From: Octopus sinensis
Lineage: Eukaryota
Reading direction: 5' to 3'
Length of the DNA stretch: 64,000 bases
NCBI RefSeq assembly: GCF_006345805.1
Contig: NC_042999.1
Span: 154,814,001-154,878,000, forward strand
In this document: in pieces, positions 27,772 through 39,906 of the stretch
How the letters are laid out: every line of letters starts with the position of its first letter
How positions within the stretch are numbered: position 1 is the stretch's first letter
Program-made: the position numbers and the translations under genes
The notes under the pieces: generated by a model
Databases searched by the model: none
What the model was told of the DNA's origin: nothing
Seen by the model: only the letters and a program-made list of their open reading frames with translations

Positions 27772-27941
27772 TCACATAGGCATATTACAAGACCTCAGGG
27801 TATTACCAGAAGAGAGAATACTGCAGTCTTCCATATCATCAATATCAATTCTTGGAGAATCATCTTTCTTTTGCAGGAAGACCCGTTTCAGAAGCAGCTT
27901 CTTATCAGTGTGGCATAAATACTCTAATTTCGTAGCACCAT
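27772..27941 (-). CDS. GTF3C6: GTF3C6 coding exon 4 (DGATKLEYLCHTDKKLLLKRVFLQKK...MPM*)
   Basis: Long polypyrimidine tract + CAG acceptor; phase 1; matches LKYKCHTMKKLSMTRTLL of TFIIIC35 as recalled; TGA at 27774-27772. Confidence 0.88.
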
Positions 27942-28457
27942 CTGAAGAGAAAGGAAAAAGAAAAAGAAAAAAAAAAATCAATGAAGAACTGTAAGAATAA
28001 AATTTCAAAAGCAAAATTAAACAGAAGGCACAGGAGTGGCTGTGTGGTAAGTAGCTTGCTTACCAATCACATGGATCTGGGTTCAGTCCCACTGCGTGGC
28101 ACATTGGGCATGTGTTTTCTACCATAGCCTCAGGCCAACCAAAGCCTTGTGAGTGGATTTGGTAGACGGAAACTGAAAGAAGCCCGTCATATATTTGTGT
28201 GTGTGTTTGTCTCCAGCATCATCACTTGACAACTGATGTTAGTGTGTTCACGTCCCTGTAGCTTACCAGTTCGGCAAAAGAGACCGAAAGAATAAGTACT
28301 AGGCTTACAAAGAATAAGTCCCAGGGACAATTTGTTTGACTAAAGGTGGTGCTCCAGCTACTCTCTTTAAGAGTAGAAATATAAAACAATTGTGTTAAAT
28401 TTTAAAACAGAAAAAAAAAAGGATTAAAATGATATTTGGCAAAATAATTATACCAAC

Positions 28458-28563
28458 CTTTATTTACATCATCAAAAAGTAACGAAGTACCGACATTAGT
28501 TTCATATTTGCCAGAAAATATGTGTGAACCAATTTGTACAACTGGGTTTGGGGTTCCTAAGCC
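28458..28563 (-). CDS. GTF3C6: GTF3C6 coding exon 3 (GLGTPNPVVQIGSHIFSGKYETNVGTSLLFDDVNK)
   Basis: ccttcAG acceptor, AAG|GTTGGT donor, phase 0/1; matches GIDTERPILQVDSCVFAGEYEDTLGTCVIFEE as recalled. Confidence 0.92.
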
Positions 28564-28661
28564 CTGAAGGTACAAAAAAGGGAAATTAACAGGAATAGAG
28601 ATATGAAGAGAAACAGTAATGATGATAAAATACAGAAAAAGATTATTATTATCATTATTAC

Positions 28662-28692
<31 letters not shown>

Positions 28693-29345
28693 GAGTGAGA
28701 GAGCAATGCATGCCATCAAAGTGACACAGGGGTACAGATATATGAAGCCCAATATACCCATCATGACTACCTGTCTGATAAGAGTACACTAGGCACATGC
28801 AACATGCATCACAAACATATGTGCATGCCATGGTGACCTTATATCAAGATAATCAGCATATGACTTTGCAGGTGGGGGCCCAGTTAGAAATTTCTTCAGG
28901 CTGAGTATCTCATACCACTCAAGGTCCCTGAATGTGGGTTAATGATGATGAACATCCATGTTTCCAGAGGTGAATTATTCAAACCCCAAAGAATTCCTCT
29001 CAACACATGGCTTTGATGCTCCCCCACTACTTCTGCTTGTGATCAGAGATGCACATATCATCAGCCACTAAGGGACATGATCAACTGGTTAAGGTCAAAC
29101 AACTGACAAGCAAATCTGTGGTATTGAGCAGAACAAGCTGGCAGAATGCATTGTAATATTCATTTCAGCTTGTAGTTTCTGACTTGCTCTAGATAGATAT
29201 ACTTGCTTGACCTGCAAGACATAGCAGCCAAACAATCCTCGGATCACACCCATTCTTTATAAAAGAGAAAGACTTTCGATAATGTGATCCTAGATATTCC
29301 AAATAAGACTAGGTTGGCTTGATTTGAACATTGACAAGAAATAAT

Positions 29346-29545
29346 AGCACCACTTAAATACAGAGGTCCTGATGCATCTACGTAACGATATGAAGGGGAG
29401 GTCATCTCATTTTATCAAAATTACTGTTAAAGTTTTAGGGTTAGTGTCATGTGAAGTCACAGCAGTTTTGGTAAAACTAGATTACACCCCACCCCCTTTA
29501 TATTATTACGTAGATGTGTCAGGACCTCTGTATTTAAGTAGTACT
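29346..29545. mobile_element. 200-bp MITE-like element with about 55-bp imperfect TIRs
   Basis: ACTTAAATACAGAGGTCCTGA..CATCTACGTAA at 29352 is inverted at about 29505-29539; TSD unclear. Confidence 0.7.
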
Positions 29546-30144
29546 GAAATAACTCAGATCGTGATGGCCTGTCCAACCTATGCCACTCACTCTCTCTGGT
29601 TAGTCCATACCATCCTGTAAGGAGCATAGGGATGGTTTTCCAATTTCTCTGGTGCATACATAATCCTCTTTGGACAGGATACCAGCTCCTTGCAAAATTA
29701 CCCTGAAAGGATGAAAGGCAAAGTCAACCTTGGCGGGATTTGAACTCAAAACGTTGTGACAGGCAAAATCCCACTAAGCATTTCGTCCAGCATGCTGATG
29801 ATTCTGCCAGCTTGCCACCTTCCTGAGCTAGCTTCCCACCACATTTTTAAAAAATCATGGTACAGGCCTCGTTTCAGGACCACTCATGTCTAGAAACTGA
29901 GGTTGGGGGTAAGCAAGGGCATGCTCCCTGTAGAAAATCCATCTCAAAAAAAACTTCATGATAGCAAGGGAGAATGGGCACCAGCCAGCCCAAAGGTGGG
30001 CTGCACCTGCCTGCTTCAGTTGCTATGGAAGTAGATCTGGCCAGCTCCGTTAACAGGGACAAAACCCGGATTTAAAACACTGGATGATGATGATGAATAG
30101 TCATCCAAAGTCATCACAGGCTCTAAAGAATCCATCAGCCTTAC

Positions 30145-30231
30145 CAGGGCTTTGGTGTAATGTTTAGTTTCTTCAGTGTTGAGGAAATCACAGTCTATGA
30201 CTCCAGATAGTTCAACCAGAACAGTAGATTC
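30145..30231 (-). CDS. GTF3C6: GTF3C6 coding exon 2 (ESTVLVELSGVIDCDFLNTEETKHYTKAL)
   Basis: tatttccAG acceptor, CTG|GTAAGG donor, phase 0/0; VLVELSG.ID.DFL signature of TFIIIC subunit 6. Confidence 0.93.
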
Positions 30232-31869
30232 CTGGAAATATAAGAAAATATAAATGAAATTTCAGAAAAATATAAATAAAGGATAGAGAAATATAAATAT
30301 TCAGTTTGAGAAATTTAAATATGTGACCAGGAAATATAAATAAATATGAAAGAGAACAGAAATGACTTTTCGACAATTCTATTACTTTCTGCCCTGCTAC
30401 CCTTCACAACTATATACATCTGTTCTTTTATTACTCAATACCAGTTCAGTCCCACTGCGTGGCACCTTGGGCAAGTGTCTTCTACTATAGCCTCAGGCCA
30501 ACCAAAGCCTCGTGAGTGGATTTGGTAGACGGAAACTAAAAGAAGCCCAAAGCCTGTCGTATATATATATATATATATATGTATGTTTGTGTATCTGTGT
30601 TTGTCCCCCCCCCCAACATCGCTTGACAACCGATGCTGGTGTGTTTACGTCCCCATAACTTAGCGGTCCGGCAAAAGAGACCGATAGAATAAGTACTACG
30701 CTTACAAAGAATAAGTCCTGGGGTCGATTTACTCGACTAAAGGCGGTGCTCCATCATGGCCACAGTTAAATGACTGAAAAGAGTAAAGAGAGTAATCCAA
30801 CGATGGAGATTTATATGTTTGTTAGAAAGTTTAGGTAAACTTTGTCTCTGACTCACTCATTTTCTCCCTCCCCACTCAAAAATGAAACACATTAGTCACC
30901 TGATTTCGGTACCAAAAATTTTGAAGGGAGAGTGGTTTAGTTTTTCAAATCTATTCTGCAATCTGGGATTATTATATATTATACATATTATATCCAGTGA
31001 TTTTAAGAGGTATGAAAAAGATATTTTTTGATATTATACTTTTACTTGTTTCACACACATACACAAACTCTTAACTGTTTTTCAGATGAATTCTTTATCA
31101 TTCTTTATCTCTTCACAGACTTTGGTACCACTAGTTTGTATAACCTCTGCATTTTCACTTATGCTTTTCAATATTCTTTGAATTTTCAATCCAATATAAT
31201 CCACATCATCATCATCATCGTTTAACGTCTGCTTTCCATGCTAGCATGGGTTGGATGATTTGACTGAGGTCTGGCGAACCAGATGGCTGCACCAGGCTCC
31301 AATAGGATCTGGCAAAGTTTCTCCAGCTGGATGTCCTTCCTAGCATCAACCACTCCGAGTGTAGTGAGTGCTTTTATGTTCCACCGGCACAAGGGCCAGT
31401 CAGGCAGTACTGGCAACGGCCAGTCAGGCAGTACTGGCAACGGCCACGCTCAAATTGTGCTTTTTATGTGCCACCTGCACAGGAGCCAGTCCAGCGGCAC
31501 TGGCAATGACCTCACTCGAATGTTTTATCACGTGCCACCAGCACAAATGCCAGTAAGGCGACGCAGGTAACAATCACGCTCGAATGGTGCTTTTTACGTG
31601 CCACTGGCACAGAAGCCAGTTTGTTGCTCTGGCAATGATCACACTCAGATGGTACTCTTAGTGCCCCACTCTCTCAAAATGCTTTTCTAAAAAATACTAC
31701 CAAAAAACATAACTCTTAAAAACCACTGGATATATTGATTGCAGATTGTGGCATATTAGGTCACCATAATTCATTCATCAAAAAAAAGAAAAACATTTTC
31801 CAATAATTCCAGTTTTTCCCCACCACTTTTTTCCGAACAAAAATAAGCAGTTTGCAGCACATTATGCAT

Positions 31870-32455
31870 CTGTAATGCATATCGTTTCAAAGATATTTAT
31901 ATACAATTTCATTAAAAGATATTTATTTTCCTCAAAGTTATGAGCAAAATCCTCGGATCTTGTGAATTTTCCAAAGTTCACTCCCCACCACCTCAGAAAA
32001 GATTTTACCCACAAATTTCTTTATAACTGTAATGTATGCCGTTTAAAAAGGTATTTATATACAATTTCATTAAAAGATATTTATTTTCCTCAAAGTTATG
32101 AGCAAAATCCTCGGATCTTGTGAATTTTCCAAAGTTCACTCCCCACCACCTCAGAAAAGATTTTACCCACAAATTTCTTTATAACTGTAATGTATGCCGT
32201 TTAAAAAGGTATTTATATACAATTTCATTAAAAGATATTTATTTTCCTCAAAGTTATGAGCAAAATCCTCGGATCTTGTGAATTTTCCAAAGTTCACTCC
32301 CCACCACCTCAGAAAAGATTTTACCCACAAATTTCTTTATAACTGTAATGTATGCCGTTTAAAAAGGTATTTATATAAAATTTCATTTAAAAAAAACCGC
32401 ATTTTCCTAAAAGGTACGAGGAAAAAACTCGGATCTTGTGAATTTTCCGAAATCC
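31870..32455. repeat. 158-bp tandem repeat, about 3.7 copies, in GTF3C6 intron 1
   Basis: Anchor GATATTTATTTTCCTCAAAG recurs at 31918, 32076 and 32234; diverged fourth unit. Confidence 0.92.
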
Positions 32456-33715
32456 TCTCTCCGACCCCAACCTCGTTGATTTCCGTGCATTTTTGTTTTC
32501 ATATTCGTTTCTGGCTCATTTTTTTTTTTTACACCCGTTGCACTATTTTTTTCTTTATTTCGTTTTCAGGTAATATTGTAAACATTAACCGAAACTAGTA
32601 AACAACATTTTGTTTTCGTATTTGAAATAAAGCTTGATAATTTTTAGATATTTGCCACATTAAAATTTTAAAAATATGCTGCAGTTTTTCATGATTATTG
32701 ATTCTAAATCGACACTAGAATCTGAGTGGTATTTCATTTAATCGATTACGGAAGGGTGACAAAGCTGACTTTGGTGAGTTCTTAAAGACCTTAAGTTAAT
32801 ACCATAATAACTTTGTTTGACACTCTACCGATTCGGGTAATGTGTCGGATATTGTATTTAGAGAAAGAAAATAATTAATTTGCAACAACAGAAGAAAGCT
32901 TTATAACTCGAAACAAATGAAGCGAAAATTCCCTAACTTAATTATAAGGAATATCGGTTAAGTAGAACAGCTATTAACCATGACGCAGTTCTTGTTTAAC
33001 CCTAGGTCAGTGCTAATTGAGTAGATCTCATCTTCTATCTTTTACTTGTTTCAATCACTGGGCTGCTGTCATGCTGGGGCACCACTTTAAAGGGTTTTAA
33101 ACGAACAGACCTCTCCGAGTACTTATTCTTTTAAATTGTCATACTTATTCTATCGGCCTCTTTTGCCGAATTACGAAAACAGGGGGACGTAAACATGCCA
33201 ACATCGATTATCAAGCGGTGAATTGGGGGTAAACACACACACGGACTTCTTCCTGTTTTTATCTACGAAATCCATTCACAAGGCTTTGGTCGGCCCGAAA
33301 CAATAGAAAAATGCGCGCCGATAAAAATTTTTCCGTCGTGACCACCATAGTCCCCCCCCCCCATTTTTGGGTTTGGACACAGTTGTATCTAGGACTACAT
33401 TATCCAATATCTTTCGTTTTAGCTAAAAGGATGCGATTCAAGGGATATTTAGCAGATACTTATAGCCACTCGAGCAAACAAGTACAGACTGTATACAATA
33501 ATTTCATTATTATTATTAGACTCCGTTCGTGATAGTGACATTTTTTCTAGTCAAACGATGTGTGTTAAAGAATACTGAATTATATATATATATACACACA
33601 ATTTCTTTATTTCCTATAAAAAGGTTACATAGAGGGGACAAACAAGGACAGACAAGGGACATATAGCAGTCAGACGCACTCGTTACACAAAATTAAAGCG
33701 AGTGGGTTTAGCGGA

Positions 33716-33768
<53 letters not shown>

Positions 33769-34110
33769 TACAAAATTCGATGTTATTGTCAACCTTTTCT
33801 ATGTAAAGAAATATGTACTCTACTAAAAACTACTGAATGGTCCACCAGTTTTAATATTTAATAAAACAAACATTAATATATATAAAAGCAAATCCACAAA
33901 AGTGTGCTCTAACCAGTTGTTTATTATTAAATTCTAAATTTTCACAATGTTGCGAAATAAAATTATCTTCGGAGAAGAAAGATGCTTTAAAAAAAACTGT
34001 AATCATGAGATGAATACTTAATTAAAATGGCACATCAGAAGGAAAAGTAATTGCAACACAAAAATGCGGGTGACAGTGAATAAAAAACTAAATATTTCCT
34101 TATTTCTTAC

Positions 34111-34149
34111 CTCTTCCCATTCGCCGTCGGACTGTGAGTCTGTCGCCAT
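34111..34149 (-). CDS. GTF3C6: GTF3C6 coding exon 1 (MATDSQSDGEWEE)
   Basis: ACAATGG start context, GAG|GTAAGA donor, phase 0, acidic N-terminus typical of the family. Confidence 0.85.
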
Positions 34150-34263
34150 TGTTCCTAATTGATGTTAAGTGCGCGTTTGATATTGAGGGTTATCTCCCTT
34201 GGTTTTAAACACATTGAGACCACATTTTGAGGAAAGTAACTTAAAACTCCAGTAGTCCTACGC

Positions 34264-34661
34264 GGTACTACTAGCGAACAGTGGTCCCGGTGCTCGCACT
34301 CGCGCATCCGCGCTAGCTAGTCGTAAGTAGTCGATCCTACAACGACTTGCGCGTATGTTTGTATTTCAAGGCTGAATACATATCAAAGAAAATTAAATAA
34401 TATTTTTCGAACAAAGTAAATAAAACGCAAAGTAAATAATTTTTTAAACTAAGCAAATAAATAATTTTTATAAACAAACTAAGGTGAGGGTTAGGTTTAG
34501 AGGTTAGGGTTAGGATTAAAAAATTAGGTTTAGGGTTAGGGTTAGAGTTAGGGCTAGGTTTAGGGTTAGGGTTAAAAAGTCCTTGTAGGATCGACTACCT
34601 AAGACTAGCTAGCGCGGAATCGCGAGTGCGCGCATCGGGACCACTGTTCGCTAGTAGTACC
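34264..34661. mobile_element. MITE (Merlin-like ends) with about 85-bp TIRs and internal TTAGGG-like tract, 115 bp upstream of the GTF3C6 ATG
   Basis: GGTACTACTAGCGAACAGTGGTCCCG... inverted at both ends; flanks GTCCTACGC / GTCTAACGC (7/9 match). Confidence 0.8.
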
Positions 34662-35236
34662 GTCTAACGCTTATTTGTCCTTATTAATACCAATGAACCC
34701 AGCACATTGGCACGTATGGGAATAAAACAAACTTTCTATCCACGCCCATGCCTTTGGAATTTTTTTTTACCCTCAAAATTGTCGCAGCATACAAAAATCT
34801 GTACCTGTTGTTAGCTGCCAAGACACTTCATCCTTTCAAAAATTCAATGCCTCTAGAAATTCATTACACTAATTCTGATATACCGATGCGGCCTTTTCTC
34901 TTTAAGGCTCTTCAGCTGTTCATTCTTCTCTCTTTTATTCTGTCCATTGTGCCAACATTTCCCCCTTTCATTGCTGTTTTTCTTTGTCACTTTCTGTTCC
35001 CTTCTACAATTTTCCGGTGAGTTTTAGGGGACCTGAGCTCTATATACAATAAGCTCAATATTCTTACATTTATTGGGATGAACTAGCAGACAAAATACTA
35101 AACAACATTTCTTCCGGCTCTTTACGTTCTGAGTTCAAATTCCGCCCAAGTTGATTTTGCCTTTCATCCTTTTGGGGTCGTTAAAACAAAGTACCAGTTG
35201 AGTACTGGAGCAGATGTTATCGAGTACCCTCACAAA

Positions 35237-35279
<43 letters not shown>

Positions 35280-35791
35280 AATATCTTCTGACCCTACCGA
35301 GCCAAAATTTGAAACAAATATTCAAACGGTAAAAAAAAAGTTAGCTTCTTAAAAGCATGGTTCTGGATTCAATCCTACAAAATGGTATCTTGGGCAAGTA
35401 TAGCCCCGGGCTGACCAAAGCCTTGTGAGTGAGTTTGGCAGACGGAAACTGAAAGAAGCCTGTCGTATACATACAGAGTGAGTCAAAAGTAGCACCCAGT
35501 TTCTGGGAAGTCACGCTTTTGTTGTTTTGCAGTTTATTACTCACAGTTTTGAAAGTATACTAAATCTGGATTATGTATCATGTTACACTTTTACTCTTTT
35601 ACTTGTTTCAGTCATTAGACTGTGGCCATGCTGGAGCACCGCATTTAGTCGAGCAAATCGACCCCAGGACTTATTCTTTGTAAGCCTAGAACTTATTATA
35701 TCGGTCTCATTTGCCGAGCCACTAAATTACGGGGACGTAAACACACCAGCATCAGTTGTCAAGCGATGTTGGCGGGACAAACACAGACACA

Positions 35792-35891
<100 letters not shown>

Positions 35892-36189
35892 CATACATAT
35901 ATACGACGGGCTTCTTTCAGTTTCCGTCTACCAAATCCACTCACAAGGCTTTGGTCGGCCCGAAGCTATAGTAGAAGACACTTGCTCAAGGTGCCACGCA
36001 GTGGGACTGAACCCGGAACCATGTGCTTGATAAGCAAGCTACTTACCACACAGCCACTCATACGCCTATGTTGTTAATACTCTTTGATTTCCCAACCCGG
36101 AAAACAAGAACTAGGAATCAAAAGTATTTCCCAACTGGGAAGTCGTGTATGGCAACCCTAAAACAGGAATTGGGCGTTACTCTTGACTC

Positions 36190-36830
36190 CAAGGAGGGGG
36201 AGTTGAGAGGAGGAAGGGGAGAAAGGAGTTCATTCAAAAGTCCGAAGGGGAGGGTGAAAATGGGACTCCCTGCAAAAGTCCAAGGAAGGGGGTTGAGGAG
36301 AAGGAAGGGGATGAATGACTTCCTGGAAAAGTCCGAGGAGGGGAGAGAGGATGGGGACTTTCTGGAAAAGTTCAAGGTGGAGGTTGGGGGGAGAAAGGGG
36401 AAGAAGGAATTTCTGGAAAAGTCCGAGGAGGGGAGAGGATGGGGACTTCTTGGAAAAGTCCGAGGAGGTGAGAGGATGGGGACTTTATGGGAAAGTCCAA
36501 GGAGGGGAGGAAAGACTTCATGGAAAAGTCCGAGGAGGGGAGAGGATGGGGACTTCCTAGAAAAGTCCAAGGAAAAGAGGAAGGGTAGGAAAGACTTCCT
36601 GGAAAAGTCAAAGGAGGTGAGAGGATGGGGACTCTATGGGAAAGTCCAAGGAGAGGAGTTGAGGGGAGGAAGGACTTCCTGGAAAAGCCCAAGGAGGGGA
36701 GAGGATGGGGACTTCCTGGAAAAGTCTAAGGCGGGAGATTGAGGGGAAGGGGGAAGGACTTCCTGGAAAAATCCGAGAAAGGGTGAGAGGGGAGGAATGA
36801 CTTCCTGGAAAGTCCGAGGAGGGGAAGTTG
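36190..36830. repeat. Purine-rich minisatellite (GGACTTCCTGGAAAAGTCC core, about 37-40 bp units)
   Basis: Direct observation; explains the ORFs at 36023-36850. Confidence 0.9.
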
Positions 36831-37708
36831 AGGTAACGTTTAGATAACATTAGGGGTATACAAATAAAGCTCCTATTTCACTATGCAGGCTACCGTTTCA
36901 TGATACTGAGCAGTGAGTCAGATTTTCAGGGTTGCATCAAGGTTATACCGATATAATGCGGGCTACATATAATAATAACAATAATACCAGGATAGAATTA
37001 ATAAATATTTGATACATTGCTACGTATATTTCCACAAATCGCATGATTTTGGCATCAAAATCGGTATTTTGAGGTTTAGTACAGTATAGTCTGTATTATC
37101 CGTGACCATCCGATTGATCATCATCATTGGCTCATTTCATCTGGCGATATTGCATTAGTGCATGAATCACAGAGGGAAGTTTATCCCTTCTTGCCAGTAT
37201 GAAAGTCAATCTAGCTATTATTGTTATTATATTTATTTCTTTATTGCCGACAGGGGTTCAACATAGAGGGGGCAAACAAGGATAGACATCGACCTCAGTG
37301 CGTAACTGGTACTTAATTTATCGACCCCGAAAGGATAAAAGGCAAAGTCGACCTCAGCGGAATTTGAACTCAGAACGTAACGGCACAGGAAATACCTATT
37401 TCTTTATTGCCAACAAGGACATAGAGGGGACAAACAAGGACAGACAAACGGATTAAGTCGATTATATCGACCCCAGTGCGTAACTAGTACTCATTTAATC
37501 GAACCCGAGAGGATGAAAGGCAAAGTCGACCTCGGCGAAATTTGAACTCAGAACGTAGCGCTAGATGAAATACCGCTAAGCATTCCGCCCGGAGTGCTTA
37601 CGATTCTGCCAGCTCGACGCCTTGTTATTGTTATTATTATATATGCATGCGCGCGTGTGTGTGTGTGTGTGTGCGTGCGCCTGTGAGTGTGTGTATGGTA
37701 GATGGATG

Positions 37709-37762
<54 letters not shown>

Positions 37763-38010
37763 CAAGTTTCTTTATTGGCCACACAGGGCTGCACACAGAT
37801 GGGACAAGTTACAAGGTAGAGCTTTTCTTTTGGGGGATGAAAAAAACAAAAAACAAAAGAAACAAAAAAAAAGGGGGTGGCGTAGGTTTTCGATCAAAAG
37901 GGATCGTAAAAGGGAAGAAAAGAACAAAAAAAAATAAAATAAAAAATAAAAAAATAAATATAAAAAAAAGAAAAGGAAAAGGAACAAAAGAAAAGAGAAA
38001 TGTAGAAACA
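37763..38010 (-). mobile_element. Tx1 LINE 3'UTR fragment abutting (GATA)n
   Basis: Homologous to 41802-42000 (AATAAAGAAAC end, GATCCCTTTTGATCGAAA motif). Confidence 0.8.
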
Positions 38011-38447
38011 CACTAAGACACACACGCGTGTGTGTGTCTTAGTGTTTGTGTCCTCTCCCCCACCACCGCTTGACAACCGATATTGGTCAGTTACTTAACG
38101 GTTCGGCTGATAGCATGTGTACGAAGCTTTAAAATAAAGTACTGGGGTCAATTTGTTCGTCGGAATTCTTTAAGGTGTGTGCTCCAGCATGGCCGCAGTC
38201 CAGTGACCGAAACGGGTAGACATAAAAACATATAATTTAATGCAAAGTATTAAAAATGTAACATTCCTAAAATTCCTCCTCGTGTTGTCTTTTGTTGAGA
38301 GAGAAAATATTTGGAGCGATTTAAACGGAAACAAAAGAAAGAATGTTGTTTTGGCGCGTTGACCACGAAAATGAATGCTGAGAATCACGCGCACGCGCGC
38401 ATGTAGTTCATACATATATTTATGCATACATATATACATACATACAT

Positions 38448-38484
<37 letters not shown>

Positions 38485-38499
38485 TGGACATGCATACAT

Positions 38500-38945
38500 A
38501 CAGTTGCTCTACCCAGATTCCAAGTTCAGGTATATTACCTGTAATTATTGGGGCGCTGAGATATGTAACACTCTGCCTAAATACTAATCTTGAGAAATTA
38601 GGCTTCTTAAAACTAGAAAGGGGAAAGCTAATTCGAAGACTACAGATCCAATCCATCACTGAAACTGTAAAAATCTGTAAAACTTTCCAGAAGTTTATCA
38701 TTTAACTATATATGAGCATGTCTAGATATGTAACTATATGCATAAGAATACATATATAAAACATACAAATTTGCACATACATACATACATACATACATAC
38801 ATACATACATACATACATACATACATACATACAAATAAAAATACCCTGTTGTTGATGTTGAAATTCCAGTGAAGGAACCTTGGGTCTAGGTTAGAAACCG
38901 GTTCTTTCTCTATTAGCAAGAAATCTTGAAATAAACTGAACAATG
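38500..38945 (+). mobile_element. R4/Dong-group (restriction-like endonuclease) LINE, 3' fragment, in (CATA)n
   Basis: LPVIIGALRYVTLCLNTNLEKLGF...LIRRLQIQSITETVKICKTF*, typical RLE C-terminus. Confidence 0.6.
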
Positions 38946-39635
38946 TCATACATACACACAATCATACATACATACATACATACATACATACATACATACA
39001 TGCATGCATGCATGCATGCATTCATCGAAGCAGCATCACCAAATTCTATGGCTTGATCATGAGAAACCGTTTGTTTTTATATTGTCAGATGTAGATATAG
39101 CTTTTGTCTTTAGATTGATTTCAAATAGACATAGATTTCAAATTTTGGCACAAGGCCGGCACTTTCGGGAGGATTTGGTAAGTCGATTATATTGATTCCA
39201 GTGCTCAATTGGTACTTATTTTATCGTTTTATCGACCCCGAAAGGATGGAAAGTAAAGCCGACCTCGGCATAATTTGAACTCCTGAACGTAGAGACGAAC
39301 GAAATGCCGCTAAGCGTGCTAATGACTCTGCCAGCTCCGCTGTGCTGTTTGATTCCACCATTAGCTTATGTATTCTATAGATATAGCTCCTTGCCAAGAT
39401 TCCATCAACTATAACCGGTACCAGTGAAAGACTGATTACAACATGGTCAACACATCTTTCACTTAGATCTCATGTCACGAAAAGAAATTGGCGATGGACG
39501 GGAATATTCCGGTTTCACTGGTTATTTGTAATAGCAGTCTTCGTCGTAGAGAAATACCCGTCAACCAAGCTAAGGTAACACTAAAGACTATGTATTAGGA
39601 TTTGCAGAAGACAGCAAGATTGGCGTAATCTACAA

Positions 39636-39666
<31 letters not shown>

Positions 39667-39906
39667 GCGCACGCGTGTATGTGCGTATGAATGTAGGTGC
39701 TTGTATGTGTGTTAGAAAAACAAAAAGAAGAAAATGCTTTACAAAGTTTATCGTGGAGAAAATAAAAAGTTAATCATTTATCCTAAAGAAGGAGCTACCG
39801 TTTTCAATCACTTTAAAAAGACAATTTAGTCATACTCAAGTAAAAGATAAAATAAATTGAAGGAAATTAAGTTTAATTAATCTTTCTTAATATCAGTTCT
39901 GGAAGT

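Noticed and set aside
31870-32455. CRISPR-like array
   Set aside because: Units are contiguous identical repeats without unique spacers; eukaryotic context, no cas genes.
34480-34575. Telomere or chromosome-fusion site
   Set aside because: Short degenerate TTAGGG tracts confined inside TIR elements.
36023-36742. 239-aa ORF
   Set aside because: Translation of the purine-rich minisatellite.
38860-38905. Hammerhead-like GTGAAGG..stem..AGAAACCGGTT
   Set aside because: The core deviates at C3 and A9 and no stem I pairing can be drawn.
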